DNA from: Anaerolineae bacterium
GTDB taxonomy: Bacteria > Chloroflexota > Anaerolineae > UBA1429
Assembly: GCA_050949345.1 (NCBI GenBank)
Contig: JBMNFN010000001.1
Location: 620,786 to 684,785 of the forward strand
Direction of reading: 5' to 3'
DNA: 64,000 bases
Shown: piece by piece, positions 49,347-60,879 of the stretch
How positions within the stretch are numbered: the stretch's first letter is position 1
Layout: each line of letters starts with the position of its first letter
Position numbers and translations under genes: made by a program
Notes under the pieces: model-generated
Seen by the model: only the letters and a program-made list of their open reading frames with translations
The model's database searches: none
Told to the model about the DNA's origin: nothing

Positions 49347-49359
49347 GCTTGCCACTGGA

Positions 49360-50505
49360 CTAGTGATGGACGTTGTCCGTGATGCGCAGGTCGGGCCCGG
49401 TGGCCTTTTTCCCATAGTTCGAGGTGGCCTGCAGCTCGGCCAGAAAAGCGTCATAGGCGGGACGATCCACCGGCACGGACACGGGCTTGCCGGTACGCCC
49501 GGAAAGGATCGTCGCGTTGATCATTTCTACCGTGTTGCGGCCCTCGACGCCGGGGGCGATCAACGGCTCGTCGTACAGCATGTGTCGCGCCATGTTGCGG
49601 ATGATGGCGATGTGCCCGTGCTCGCACTCGGGCAGCTCTACCGGTACCTCACGCACCTCAGGCCGCGTCCACATCTCGGTGGAAGAGTCAGAAAAGCCCC
49701 GCACACCCCGCGGAATCTCCCACAGGCGCAGCTGGTTGCCGATTACCTGCAGCTTGGCCCGCTCGCCCGAGAGTTCGAGAATGTCGGTTGAGGGAGCCTC
49801 GTTTGTGCAGCAGTACATATAGCCCAGCGCCCCGTTGGGGTACTCGAGCATGGCCGAGGCGACGTCCTCCACTTCGATTACGTGGCCTCGGGTGGCGGTG
49901 ACGGCGGTCACACGGCTGGGCAGGCCACCCAACCAGGTGTACAGGTCGATCGAGTGCGGCGACTGGTTGATCAGCACGCCACCGCCCTCCCCGGCCCAGG
50001 TTGCGCGCCAACCGGCCGAGTTGTAATAAGCCTGGCTGCGAAAGTCGGCATAGACCATCATCGTGCGATACAGCTCGCCCAGGCGCCCCTCGGACACGAT
50101 CTTGTGAGCTGCCTGCCACACGGGCTCACTGCGCCGCTGGTGCATCACCGCAAAGGGAGTGCCCGTGCGCTCTGCCGCCTCGACCATGGCGTCGGCGGCC
50201 GAGACCGTGACGGCGATGGGCTTTTCGGAAATGACCGGCTTGCCGCGCTCCATGGCATAAATGGCTACTTCGGGATGGAAATAGTGCGGCGTGGCGACGA
50301 TGATGGCATCAACGCTGTCCAGATCGATGAGATCGTGATAGTCGGTAAAGTAGGGGACGTTGTACTCTTCCCCCACCTCCTCAGCCACATTGGGCTGGAT
50401 GTCGCACACGGCAGCCAGCTGACACTCGTCCACACGCTGCATGGTCCGGGCATGGCCGGAACCCATCCCCCCCGTCCCCACGATCCCGTATCGAATCCTC
50501 TTCAT
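49360..50505 (-). CDS. Gfo/Idh/MocA family NAD(P)-dependent oxidoreductase
   Basis: N-terminal Rossmann IRYGIVGTGGMGSGH, an EKP motif (VISEKPIA), and the C-terminal Gfo/Idh/MocA alpha/beta domain. Confidence 0.8.
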   Translation of the reverse strand: MKRIRYGIVGTGGMGSGHARTMQRVDECQLAAVCDIQPNVAEEVGEEYNVPYFTDYHDLIDLDSVDAIIVATPHYFHPEVAIYAMERGKPVISEKPIAVTVSAADAMVEAAERTGTPFAVMHQRRSEPVWQAAHKIVSEGRLGELYRTMMVYADFRSQAYYNSAGWRATWAGEGGGVLINQSPHSIDLYTWLGGLPSRVTAVTATRGHVIEVEDVASAMLEYPNGALGYMYCCTNEAPSTDILELSGERAKLQVIGNQLRLWEIPRGVRGFSDSSTEMWTRPEVREVPVELPECEHGHIAIIRNMARHMLYDEPLIAPGVEGRNTVEMINATILSGRTGKPVSVPVDRPAYDAFLAELQATSNYGKKATGPDLRITDNVHH

Positions 50506-50648
50506 GCTGCTCCTTCCCACTTGGACTGATGCCTTGCCGGGCTCCAGGGCGATTGCGCCTCGCCCATCTTGAGACTAGAATTGCCTGGTACGGGCTGAAT
50601 GGTATCCCGTGAATACAATCCATGCAACCGCGGCAACAAAGGATAGGC

Positions 50649-51293
50649 ATGTTCCGTCGCACCTTTTCATATCTGCTTGTGGCCTTGCTGCTGGCGGCGT
50701 GCCAGATGCTCCCGCCGATCGCGCCGCCGCACGGAACGCCCACCGACAGCAGGCTGACAGAATCTGCACCGGTGGCAGTAGAACCGGCGACCAGGGCAGC
50801 GTCGCCCAGCTTGGACGGCGCCATGGTACCTGGGGTGTATGATCACCAGATGGAGGTGGCCGGCGTCTCCCTGAGCTGGAGCAACAGCGATCAGGTCCTT
50901 TATCTGGCAGCGGCCTGCAGGGAGGAGCGGTGGCTGGGCATAGGGCTTGCAGGCCAGGAGGGATTACAGGGCGCCAACCTGTTGATCGCAGCACGACGCC
51001 AAGGCAGGCTCTCGGTGTGGGACGGTTGGTGCGAGGACGCGGCGGGAACGCTCTGTTCCGCAGACGTGGACCTCGGTGGCAGCGACGATCGCAGGGGCTC
51101 GTCGTCTTTCCTCTTGCGCGGCGGAGTCATGATGGAGGTGCGGATACCGCTGGATTCGGGCGATCGCTATGACAACCCGCTGGTCCCAGGAGGCACCTAC
51201 CCCGTGGTGATCGCCACAGGGCGCGACCTGGAGTTCGCATTACCCCCCGCCCAGATGGAGACCGTCACCATTACACTGGATGGGTCACAGTGA
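50649..51293 (+). CDS. DOMON-like secreted lipoprotein
   Basis: Lipobox LLLAACQ and a single beta-sandwich-like domain with the DOMON-like block WLGIGLAG .. GANLLIA. Confidence 0.35.
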   Translation: MFRRTFSYLLVALLLAACQMLPPIAPPHGTPTDSRLTESAPVAVEPATRAASPSLDGAMVPGVYDHQMEVAGVSLSWSNSDQVLYLAAACREERWLGIGLAGQEGLQGANLLIAARRQGRLSVWDGWCEDAAGTLCSADVDLGGSDDRRGSSSFLLRGGVMMEVRIPLDSGDRYDNPLVPGGTYPVVIATGRDLEFALPPAQMETVTITLDGSQ

Positions 51294-52009
51294 CCATCGG
51301 TTCGCAGGCGCCGCGGAACCAAATGTCCACGCATGTGGCAGAACTGGGCAGGCGCTTGCTGCGCTGGCCCTTTTTCCGCGAGCTGGGACCAGTTGCCTTG
51401 GAGGAGGTGCTGCTACTGCTCCAAGAAGAGGCCCATCCTGCGGGCCAGGTGCTCCTGCGCGATGGGGACGTTCCCACCTCGCTGTATCTTCTCTCCCGGG
51501 GCCTCGCCAGCCACGGCCAGGTCTCGGCGGAAGGAAGGGAGCACGTGTTGCGCTATCCGGGGCCTGGCCAGTTTCTCAATCTGGTGCCTGTCCTGGATGG
51601 CGGGAAACAGGTGGGCACTGTGTCTGCCGTAACCGACGTGCAGTTGTATCGTCTCAGCGCAGCGCCCTTCCTGGAGCTGTGCAGAGTACACAGCGACGTG
51701 GCCCTCGCCTGTGCCCGGGCCCTGGCGGCGGAGGTGCGTCACCTCAGTGTTGCCGCGTCGCGCCTGGCCCTGGACCCGGTTCGACGGCGCCTGGCCGAGT
51801 TCCTGCTCAATTCAGCCGAGATCGGCCCTGCCAAACAACGTTGGACGCAGGAGATGATCGCCTCACGGATCGGCACCGTGCGCGACGTGGTGGGGCGTAT
51901 CCTGCGCGATTTCGCGCGGGAGGGGATCGTCAACCGCGAGAGGGGGCAGCTGGTGATTATGGATCGAGAGCGTCTGCTCAAGGAGGCGGGCCGAGATGGC
52001 AATGTCTGA
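51290..52009 (+). CDS. Crp/Fnr family transcriptional regulator
   Basis: cNMP-binding-like N-terminal domain and C-terminal HTH (QEMIASRIGTVRDVVGRILRDFAREGIV). The GTG start overlaps the upstream stop (GTGA); an alternative ATG is at 51323. Confidence 0.75.
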   Translation: MTIGSQAPRNQMSTHVAELGRRLLRWPFFRELGPVALEEVLLLLQEEAHPAGQVLLRDGDVPTSLYLLSRGLASHGQVSAEGREHVLRYPGPGQFLNLVPVLDGGKQVGTVSAVTDVQLYRLSAAPFLELCRVHSDVALACARALAAEVRHLSVAASRLALDPVRRRLAEFLLNSAEIGPAKQRWTQEMIASRIGTVRDVVGRILRDFAREGIVNRERGQLVIMDRERLLKEAGRDGNV

Positions 52010-52778
52010 GGACAAGGGATTCCGGCCGCGCATCGGTCTGCCCATGTATACCAGCGCGACTCAACCGGGGCGCTGGCTGAGCTCCGCTTCTTATGTGCAT
52101 GCCGTCACGCGAGCCGGTGGGTTGGCGGTGCCGGTGCCCCTGCTGCGAGAGCCCAGCGTGATCGAGGCCTGGCTGCAGCAGTTGGACGGTTTGCTGCTCT
52201 GCGGAGGGGGTGACATCGCCCCCGAGCGCTATGGCCAGGTGAATCAGGGCCTGAGCATGGGGATCGACGAGGATCGCGATGCCGTGGAGCTGGCTCTGGC
52301 GCGAGGTGCCACAAAGAGGCACCTGCCCACCCTGGGCATCTGCAGGGGCGCACAGTTGATGAACGTGGCCGCAGGGGGCTCCCTGATCCAGGACATCCCC
52401 ACGCAACTGCCCGACGCTCTGGGCCACGCCACACCCCCCACCCTGCCGCGGGACACGCTGCCACACCAGGTAGCCACCGTGCCCGGCGCTCTTGGCGCCC
52501 TGGGGAACAGCGCGCTCAGTGGTGCCTGGGACGCCTGTACCCCGCTGGCGGTAAACAGCAGCCACCATCAGGCAACCGCGGTGCCAGGCACCGGCCTGAC
52601 GGTAGCGGCCACGGCACCGGACGGTGTGGTGGAGGCGTTGGCTGGCGATGCCGGCTGGTTCCGACTGGGATTGCAGTGGCATCCCGAAGAGTTGCTGGCG
52701 CCCGGTCACCATCCCATCCACCTGTTGTTCTTCCAGAGTCTGGTTGCTGCCGCGATCCTGTATCACCGGACGGCGTAA
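51996..52778 (+). CDS. Class I glutamine amidotransferase-like / peptidase C26 (gamma-glutamyl-GABA hydrolase family)
   Basis: Catalytic Cys in LGICRGAQLMN and a His in SSHHQA, as in PuuD-like C26 proteins. Confidence 0.7.
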   Translation: MAMSEDKGFRPRIGLPMYTSATQPGRWLSSASYVHAVTRAGGLAVPVPLLREPSVIEAWLQQLDGLLLCGGGDIAPERYGQVNQGLSMGIDEDRDAVELALARGATKRHLPTLGICRGAQLMNVAAGGSLIQDIPTQLPDALGHATPPTLPRDTLPHQVATVPGALGALGNSALSGAWDACTPLAVNSSHHQATAVPGTGLTVAATAPDGVVEALAGDAGWFRLGLQWHPEELLAPGHHPIHLLFFQSLVAAAILYHRTA

Positions 52779-52780
52779 TC

Positions 52781-53626
52781 GTGAGCGACGAGAAACGTAC
52801 GGCACCTGTTGGAATCTATGACTCGGGCGTGGGCGGTCTGTCGATTCTTTCCGCCCTCACCTCCCTGCTCCATCAGGAGCGGTTCTACTATGTGGCCGAT
52901 GGCTTTCATTGCCCCTATGGCGACCGGGCGGAACAAGAGATCATCCAGCTGTCACTGGGCGTCGCGCGGCATCTGGTAGAGAGCGGGTGCAAGGCTATCG
53001 TCGTCGCCTGCAACACCATCTCGGCCACATCGCTGCCCGCCTTGCGCGCGGCCTTTCCGAAAGTGCCGATCATCGGCATGGTGCCAGCGGTCAAGCCGGC
53101 GATCGAGCTGACCCACACGGGCGTGGTGGGCGTCCTGGCTACCAGCGCCACGGTCAAGGGCAGGCTCTATCTTGACGTGCTGGCGCGCTATGGCGGCGAT
53201 ACCCGGGTTGTCTCACAACCCTGCCCCGGGCTTGTGGAGAGAATCGAGGCCGGTGACCTGGATGGCCCGGACACAGAACGCCTGGTGAGGGCCTGTCTGA
53301 ACCCCATTATGGCTGCCGGGGCGGACGTGATCGTACTGGGCTGCAGTCACTATCCCTTTGTGCGCCCGCTGATCGAGCGTCTCGTGGGCCCAGGGGTGCG
53401 CATCATCGAGCCCAGCGACGCCATCGCCCTGCAGACGCGCCGCGTCCTCGAGCGGCAGGCACTCTGCTCCGCAGGACGGAGCGCGGCGGAGCCCCAGGTG
53501 CACTTTGCCACTTCAGGAGACACCCGCAGCCTGGAAGCGAGCGTGCTCAGGCTGGTGGGCATCAGCGCCACAGCGGACCAGCTGGTGTGGCGCGACGGCG
53601 CTCTCACTGGCGCCCCCGCAGGCTGA
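52781..53626 (+). CDS. murI: Glutamate racemase
   Basis: IYDSGVGGLSIL, VVACNTIS and GCSHYP motifs; GTG start 2 nt after the upstream stop. Confidence 0.88.
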   Translation: MSDEKRTAPVGIYDSGVGGLSILSALTSLLHQERFYYVADGFHCPYGDRAEQEIIQLSLGVARHLVESGCKAIVVACNTISATSLPALRAAFPKVPIIGMVPAVKPAIELTHTGVVGVLATSATVKGRLYLDVLARYGGDTRVVSQPCPGLVERIEAGDLDGPDTERLVRACLNPIMAAGADVIVLGCSHYPFVRPLIERLVGPGVRIIEPSDAIALQTRRVLERQALCSAGRSAAEPQVHFATSGDTRSLEASVLRLVGISATADQLVWRDGALTGAPAG

Positions 53627-53698
53627 CAGGGTCTGCGACTCCCTGTACACGGCTCACCGTGACGATTGTCGGCCGAAGCGGCAGCGACAGCGGCGCCG

Positions 53699-55060
53699 CT
53701 AGACGCGAATGGTGCGCCAGCGCCGTTGAAAAAAGCGCACACTGACCACCGCAGCGTGCGACAGGTCGCCCAGAACCATGCCCAGCCAGACGCCGGTGGG
53801 CCCCAACCATCCGCCCAGCAGCCAGGAGGCGGGAAGTTGAACGATCCACAGCGCGCCGATGCTGGCAGCCATGGGAGAGAGCGTATCGCCAGCGCCGCCC
53901 AGCGAGCGGCCCAGCACCTGCCCCCATCCACGCACCGCGGATCCAAACAACGTCACGCGGGCGATCAGGCTGGCCGCCCGGATGGCTGCGGGATCATCGG
54001 TAAAGAGCCCCACGATGGCGGGAGCCATCGCCGCCAACAGGCCGTACAGAGCCAGAGAGAGCACCGTCGCCGCCAGACCGCCCACGCGGGTGGCCCGCTC
54101 CGAGCGATCGGGCTTGCCCGCCCCGAGATTCTGCCCCATCATGGTCGCCGCAGCGTTCCCGATGCCCAGGGTAACGGCCTGCAGAAACCAGTGCAGCTGT
54201 TGAAAGATCGAGTAGCCCGTGAGCACCCGGTCGCCCAGGCGAGAGACGATCCGCATGAGCGTGGCCATGCCCAGGTTTGGCGAGAGCCGCTCCACAGAGG
54301 CCGGCAGGCTGATGCGCAGAATGGTTCGGATCATGCCCAGGTCGGGTACCACATCGGCGCGGTGCAGCCTCAAACCGGCAGAGCCCCTGAGCAGGATCAC
54401 CAGAATGGCCATCACCCCCACCACCGAGCCCAGCACGGTGGCCAGCGCGGCACCACGAATGCCCATGGGCTGAAAAGGCCCCAGACCGAGCACCAGCACA
54501 GGTTCCAGCAGTGCCACAACCACCAGGCTGAGCAGGTTGATGCGCAAGGTGTACTCCGGCCGCCCGGCGCCCTTGATCACGCCGCTCATGGTGGGCAGGC
54601 ACTCTACAAAAAACAGTCCCGCAAACACGATCCGCAAAAAGCCCACAGCGCTCTCCAGAATCGCGCCCTTGGCGCCCATCAACCGGAGAAGCGCTGGCCC
54701 CAGGGCAATACCGATGGCCGTGATGGGCAGCGTAAACAGGGCGATGAGCATGATGAGCTGCATGGTGGCCCGGTCAGCCAGGCGTGGGTTGCCCTCGCCC
54801 ACATGGCGAGCCACCAGAGCCATTCCGCCCATGGACAAACCCATCATGGGCGATATCAACACCATGCGCAGCGTGGTGCCCATGGCCACGGCGGCCACAG
54901 CCATGTCGCCTACCTTGCCCATCCAGTAGGTATCTGCCAGCCGCACCACATTCAGCAGGCCCTGCTCCAGCACTGCCGGCACCGCCAGGGCGGCGACGAG
55001 CCGCCCCACCGGCCCCGTGGTGAGCATCTGTGCCCGATCATTTGGCGTCGAACTCGTCAT
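53699..55060 (-). CDS. MATE family efflux transporter
   Basis: 12-TM protein with the MATE N-terminal motif (LEQGLLNVVRLADTYWMGKVG) and repeat architecture. Confidence 0.8.
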   Translation of the reverse strand: MTSSTPNDRAQMLTTGPVGRLVAALAVPAVLEQGLLNVVRLADTYWMGKVGDMAVAAVAMGTTLRMVLISPMMGLSMGGMALVARHVGEGNPRLADRATMQLIMLIALFTLPITAIGIALGPALLRLMGAKGAILESAVGFLRIVFAGLFFVECLPTMSGVIKGAGRPEYTLRINLLSLVVVALLEPVLVLGLGPFQPMGIRGAALATVLGSVVGVMAILVILLRGSAGLRLHRADVVPDLGMIRTILRISLPASVERLSPNLGMATLMRIVSRLGDRVLTGYSIFQQLHWFLQAVTLGIGNAAATMMGQNLGAGKPDRSERATRVGGLAATVLSLALYGLLAAMAPAIVGLFTDDPAAIRAASLIARVTLFGSAVRGWGQVLGRSLGGAGDTLSPMAASIGALWIVQLPASWLLGGWLGPTGVWLGMVLGDLSHAAVVSVRFFQRRWRTIRV

Positions 55061-55133
55061 GGCGCTCTATACTCCATTGTCGGATACTTGAGTGTACCCG
55101 TGCCGTCGGGGTACGCAAGCGACTTGCACCCTC

Positions 55134-55162
55134 TTGGGCTGCCGCCCGTCCCTCGCTATAAT
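55134..55162 (+). promoter_or_regulatory. Candidate promoter (TTGGGC-17-TATAAT) with a roughly 250-nt leader ahead of the YhaM-like gene
   Basis: -35 at 55134-55139, -10 TATAAT at 55157-55162. The leader contains the perfect hairpin GCAGGCCC-CCTAGC-GGGCCTGC. Confidence 0.3.
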
Positions 55163-55422
55163 CCAGAGCAATCAGCGACGAACCAGGGTACGACGCCAGC
55201 CGTGGAGGAGAGCTCTGCTTTGGTGACCAACCAATACCAACCGCCCCACCGCAGGCCCCCTAGCGGGCCTGCAGCCCATGGCGCCAGGCTCTTCAAGCAG
55301 GCGAGAACGCGCCCGAGCGTCGTACAGAGGTTGGCGAGCCCCCTCCAGCTCCAACAGCGCCCAGGACAAATGAGATGACGCAGAGATCCTTCTGGGAACA
55401 GGCCCCACACAAAGGAGTCAGC

Positions 55423-56406
55423 GTGAGACGGACACCCATCGACGAGCTGCAGCCCGGAACCAGCCTCTCCAAACAGCCGTTCTTGCTGCGGGACAAGAGC
55501 ATGACCACCACGCGGACAGGTGCCCTGTTGCTGCGCGTGGGTCTGGGCGATCGCACAGGGTCGCTGCCGGGAATTATGTTCGATGCGCCGGCACGCCTGA
55601 TGCAGGACCTGGTGGTGGGCGGAGGCGTCGAGGTAACCGGTCGCGTGGAAGAGTATCGCGATACGCTGCAGATCCGCATGGATCGGATACTGGTGACGGA
55701 ACTGGGCGACATGGCCGAGTACCTTCCCTCAGCGCAACGGCCCATCGGCGAGATGCAACGCGAACTGGATGCCCTGATCGCATCGGTACAGCAATCGGAC
55801 CTGAATCGGCTGCTTCTGGCGGTGCTGGGCTCTGGCGGCGAGTACCGGGTCCCCTTTCGTGAGGCACCGGCCGCGAAGCAGATGCACCATGCCTGCCGAG
55901 GGGGCCTGCTGCAGCATACCCTCAGTGTGGCAGCGCTCGTTCAGGCTGCGGTGGCAGCCCATCCTGAGCTGGATCGCGACATGGCGCTGGCCATCGCGTT
56001 GCTCCACGACCTGGGCAAGTGCCGGGCCTACGACCCCACCACCTTTGACATGACCGACGAGGGCTCTCTGTGGGGGCATCTGTACATGAGCGCCTCACTT
56101 ACAGAGGCGGCCATCGCTCAGCTCCCCGGATTTGATCGACAGGTGCGACTGACCCTGATTCACGGCATTCTGGCCCACCACGGCAGCCTGGATCATGGCT
56201 CGCCGGTGCTCCCCATGACGGCCGAGGCCATGGCCGTCCATCACGCCGATGCGATGGATGCAGATCTGCAAGGCGCGGCCGAAACATTCGGGCGGGTCGA
56301 TAGTCAGGCTGGCCCCTATACCGGCTGGAGCGCCATGCACGAGACGCGCCTGTACCGCGGAGTGAGCGAGGCAAGCGACACTTATGGCCGTGGCGACGGA
56401 CAGTAG
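55423..56406 (+). CDS. YhaM-like 3'-5' exoribonuclease (OB-fold plus HD domain)
   Basis: N-terminal OB fold, then HD-domain motifs (LLQHTLSV, LLHDLGK, HHGSLD). GTG start preferred (AAAGGAG Shine-Dalgarno 8 nt upstream) over the ORF-table ATG at 55375. Confidence 0.6.
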   Translation: MRRTPIDELQPGTSLSKQPFLLRDKSMTTTRTGALLLRVGLGDRTGSLPGIMFDAPARLMQDLVVGGGVEVTGRVEEYRDTLQIRMDRILVTELGDMAEYLPSAQRPIGEMQRELDALIASVQQSDLNRLLLAVLGSGGEYRVPFREAPAAKQMHHACRGGLLQHTLSVAALVQAAVAAHPELDRDMALAIALLHDLGKCRAYDPTTFDMTDEGSLWGHLYMSASLTEAAIAQLPGFDRQVRLTLIHGILAHHGSLDHGSPVLPMTAEAMAVHHADAMDADLQGAAETFGRVDSQAGPYTGWSAMHETRLYRGVSEASDTYGRGDGQ

Positions 56407-57197
56407 GGTTCACCGCCACTTGCAGGGTGCGCCAGCCACTCTATGATCTGCGCATGTACGCTGTTGGGTGTGCCGTGCAGGGCATGGGCGTCCAGCAGCC
56501 AGGCTCTGGGAGGTCGAGCAGCCTCATAGAGCGCCTGCGACGCCGCCAGAGGCACCAGCGTGTCGCGGCCGCAGTGCACCACCAGTAACGCGCAGGGTGA
56601 CAGGTCGGCCGCCACCTCCAGCGGCCAGCCAGTTATTCGCAGATGCCGCGGAAGTCGGGTTCCCAGCGAACGGAGCAAGAGCCTCAACAGGACGGGTATC
56701 CACATGCTGGATCGCATCCAGCGTGCGGAAACCGGGCTGGAGATGCTCACGACTGCATCCACCGGAGCCCCCTGCGCTGCGGCATGGATGGCTGCGGCAG
56801 CCCCCAGCGATACCCCCACCGCCGCTACGCGCTGATACCCGCTGGCACGGGCATCTTGAGCCAGCGAGGTGACGATCCTCGCCACAGCGGGAATATCCAC
56901 CGACGCCTCACCACCAGAGGCGCCGTGGCCCGGCTGGTCATACAGGTAGACATCCCACTGTTCAAGTAGACTCCTGGTCAGGCGCAAGAGCCGTACGTCG
57001 CGCATGCACTTGAGCAGTCCGTGGCACAGGATGATGGCCTGCGGCCTGCCCCGCGCGATGTGCGCCACTGCCACTGGAGGCAAGCCTGCCTTGTGCAGCG
57101 CATATCGCCGCGCATCAGAGGGCAACGGCCCTCTGGCCAGCCACACAAAGCGGGCGATCAGCCAGAGCAGAACCAGGCCAGCCACTATGACCAGCAT
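56382..57197 (-). CDS. Alpha/beta hydrolase
   Basis: N-terminal TM anchor, HG oxyanion motif (ILCHGLL), nucleophile elbow GVSLG and a C-terminal His. Confidence 0.7.
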   Translation of the reverse strand: MLVIVAGLVLLWLIARFVWLARGPLPSDARRYALHKAGLPPVAVAHIARGRPQAIILCHGLLKCMRDVRLLRLTRSLLEQWDVYLYDQPGHGASGGEASVDIPAVARIVTSLAQDARASGYQRVAAVGVSLGAAAAIHAAAQGAPVDAVVSISSPVSARWMRSSMWIPVLLRLLLRSLGTRLPRHLRITGWPLEVAADLSPCALLVVHCGRDTLVPLAASQALYEAARPPRAWLLDAHALHGTPNSVHAQIIEWLAHPASGGEPYCPSPRP

Positions 57198-57366
57198 CGC
57201 CCCTCCTCGTACAGCCAGCTGCCCCGGCGCCCCAGCAGCTCCGGACCGCCGCGGCCATTGCGTCAAGAGCCCGGCCGCAGGCGGAAAGTGATTGACGCTG
57301 TGCTTCCGAGAACCTATAATCAAGGGTAATCTTTTCGCAGTCAAGCGTCGTTGAGGAGAGAGCGCA

Positions 57367-58473
57367 ATGACTACTCGCGCCAGGGTAGCGGTCTTGAAGA
57401 CAGAGCCGGAGCGGGTCTTGGCCGACTATGACCGGCTGTTGGGCCTGGCCCAGGTTGAGCGCTACCTCCCCGCCGGCGATACGGTTATCCTCAAGGACAA
57501 CATCTCGTGGCACTTTCCGTTTCCCAGCGCCAACACCACTCCCTGGCAGCTGGAAGGAACCATTCTGGCCTTGCAGCGCCGCGGCTATATGCAGCAGGTG
57601 TGCGTCCAGAACAAGACCGTGGTCACCAATGCCTTCAAGGGCGAAGACCTCAACAACTATGTGCCGATTTTCAGGCGCTATAACATCCCAGTGCTGTACA
57701 ACTTTAAGGATTCGGACATCAAGTGGAAGGTGTACGCGCCAAAAGCGCGGATGAACGCACTGGACCGGGTCTATCCTGAGGGTATCCCCATGCCCGAGTA
57801 TTTCAAGGGCAAAAGCATCGTGCACCTGCCCACGGTCAAGTGCCACATCTATACCACCACCACGGGCGCGATGAAGAACGCCTTTGGCGGCCTGCTGAAC
57901 ACCAACCGCCACTATACGCACTCCTGGATCCACGAGACGTTGGTGGATCTGCTGGCGATCCAAAAAGAGATCCACACCGGACTGTTCGCCGTGATGGACG
58001 GCACCACAGCAGGCAACGGCACGGGTCCGCGCGTGATGAAGCCCGAGCCCAAGAACACGATCCTTGCCAGCGGTGACCAGGTGGCTATCGACGCCATCGC
58101 AGCCCAGCTGATGGGCTTTGACCCGATGAGCATCGACTATATCCGCATGGCCCACGAACAGGGTCTGGGCGTAGGCGATCCGAGAGAGATCGAGGTGGTG
58201 GGCGACGACATCGCCGGCGAAAACTGGCACTTTCACGTGGGGGTCAATCTGCACAGAGCTTTGGGCTGGCTCTCATGGTACGGTCCCACACGTTTTCTGC
58301 AGAAACTGCTCTTTCACACACCGCTGGTGCATGCCATGAGCATGGTGTCAGAGGTATACCACGATTACTATCGCTGGCCCCTGCGAGAGCGGCGTATCTA
58401 TGAGCGCTGGCGCGAGAGCGAGCCCTGGGGAAGACTGTTCGATCGCTACCTGCGTGAGGGACATCTGGCATGA
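57367..58473 (+). CDS. DUF362 domain protein (paralog B)
   Basis: VKCHIYTTTTGAMKNAFGG and C-terminal AAQLMGFDP blocks are colinear with the paralog at 21313. Confidence 0.65.
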   Translation: MTTRARVAVLKTEPERVLADYDRLLGLAQVERYLPAGDTVILKDNISWHFPFPSANTTPWQLEGTILALQRRGYMQQVCVQNKTVVTNAFKGEDLNNYVPIFRRYNIPVLYNFKDSDIKWKVYAPKARMNALDRVYPEGIPMPEYFKGKSIVHLPTVKCHIYTTTTGAMKNAFGGLLNTNRHYTHSWIHETLVDLLAIQKEIHTGLFAVMDGTTAGNGTGPRVMKPEPKNTILASGDQVAIDAIAAQLMGFDPMSIDYIRMAHEQGLGVGDPREIEVVGDDIAGENWHFHVGVNLHRALGWLSWYGPTRFLQKLLFHTPLVHAMSMVSEVYHDYYRWPLRERRIYERWRESEPWGRLFDRYLREGHLA

Positions 58474-58526
58474 ACCTGTAGCGAACGAAGCGGGCCTGTG
58501 GAGGATTCCACAGGCCCGTACTGTTT

Positions 58527-60726
<2,200 letters not shown>

Positions 60727-60879
60727 GGCCGGCAGCCGGTTCCAAGGTTAGCGCGGCACCCTAGCGGATGGTATAATGCAGCCTGTCGATGGCAGAACGG
60801 TCCGCCCTGATCACAGCCGGAGCCATCATATTGTGAGCTGAGGTGGCAGATCAGTGATGAGGGTCGTCGGCTGGCGGCG

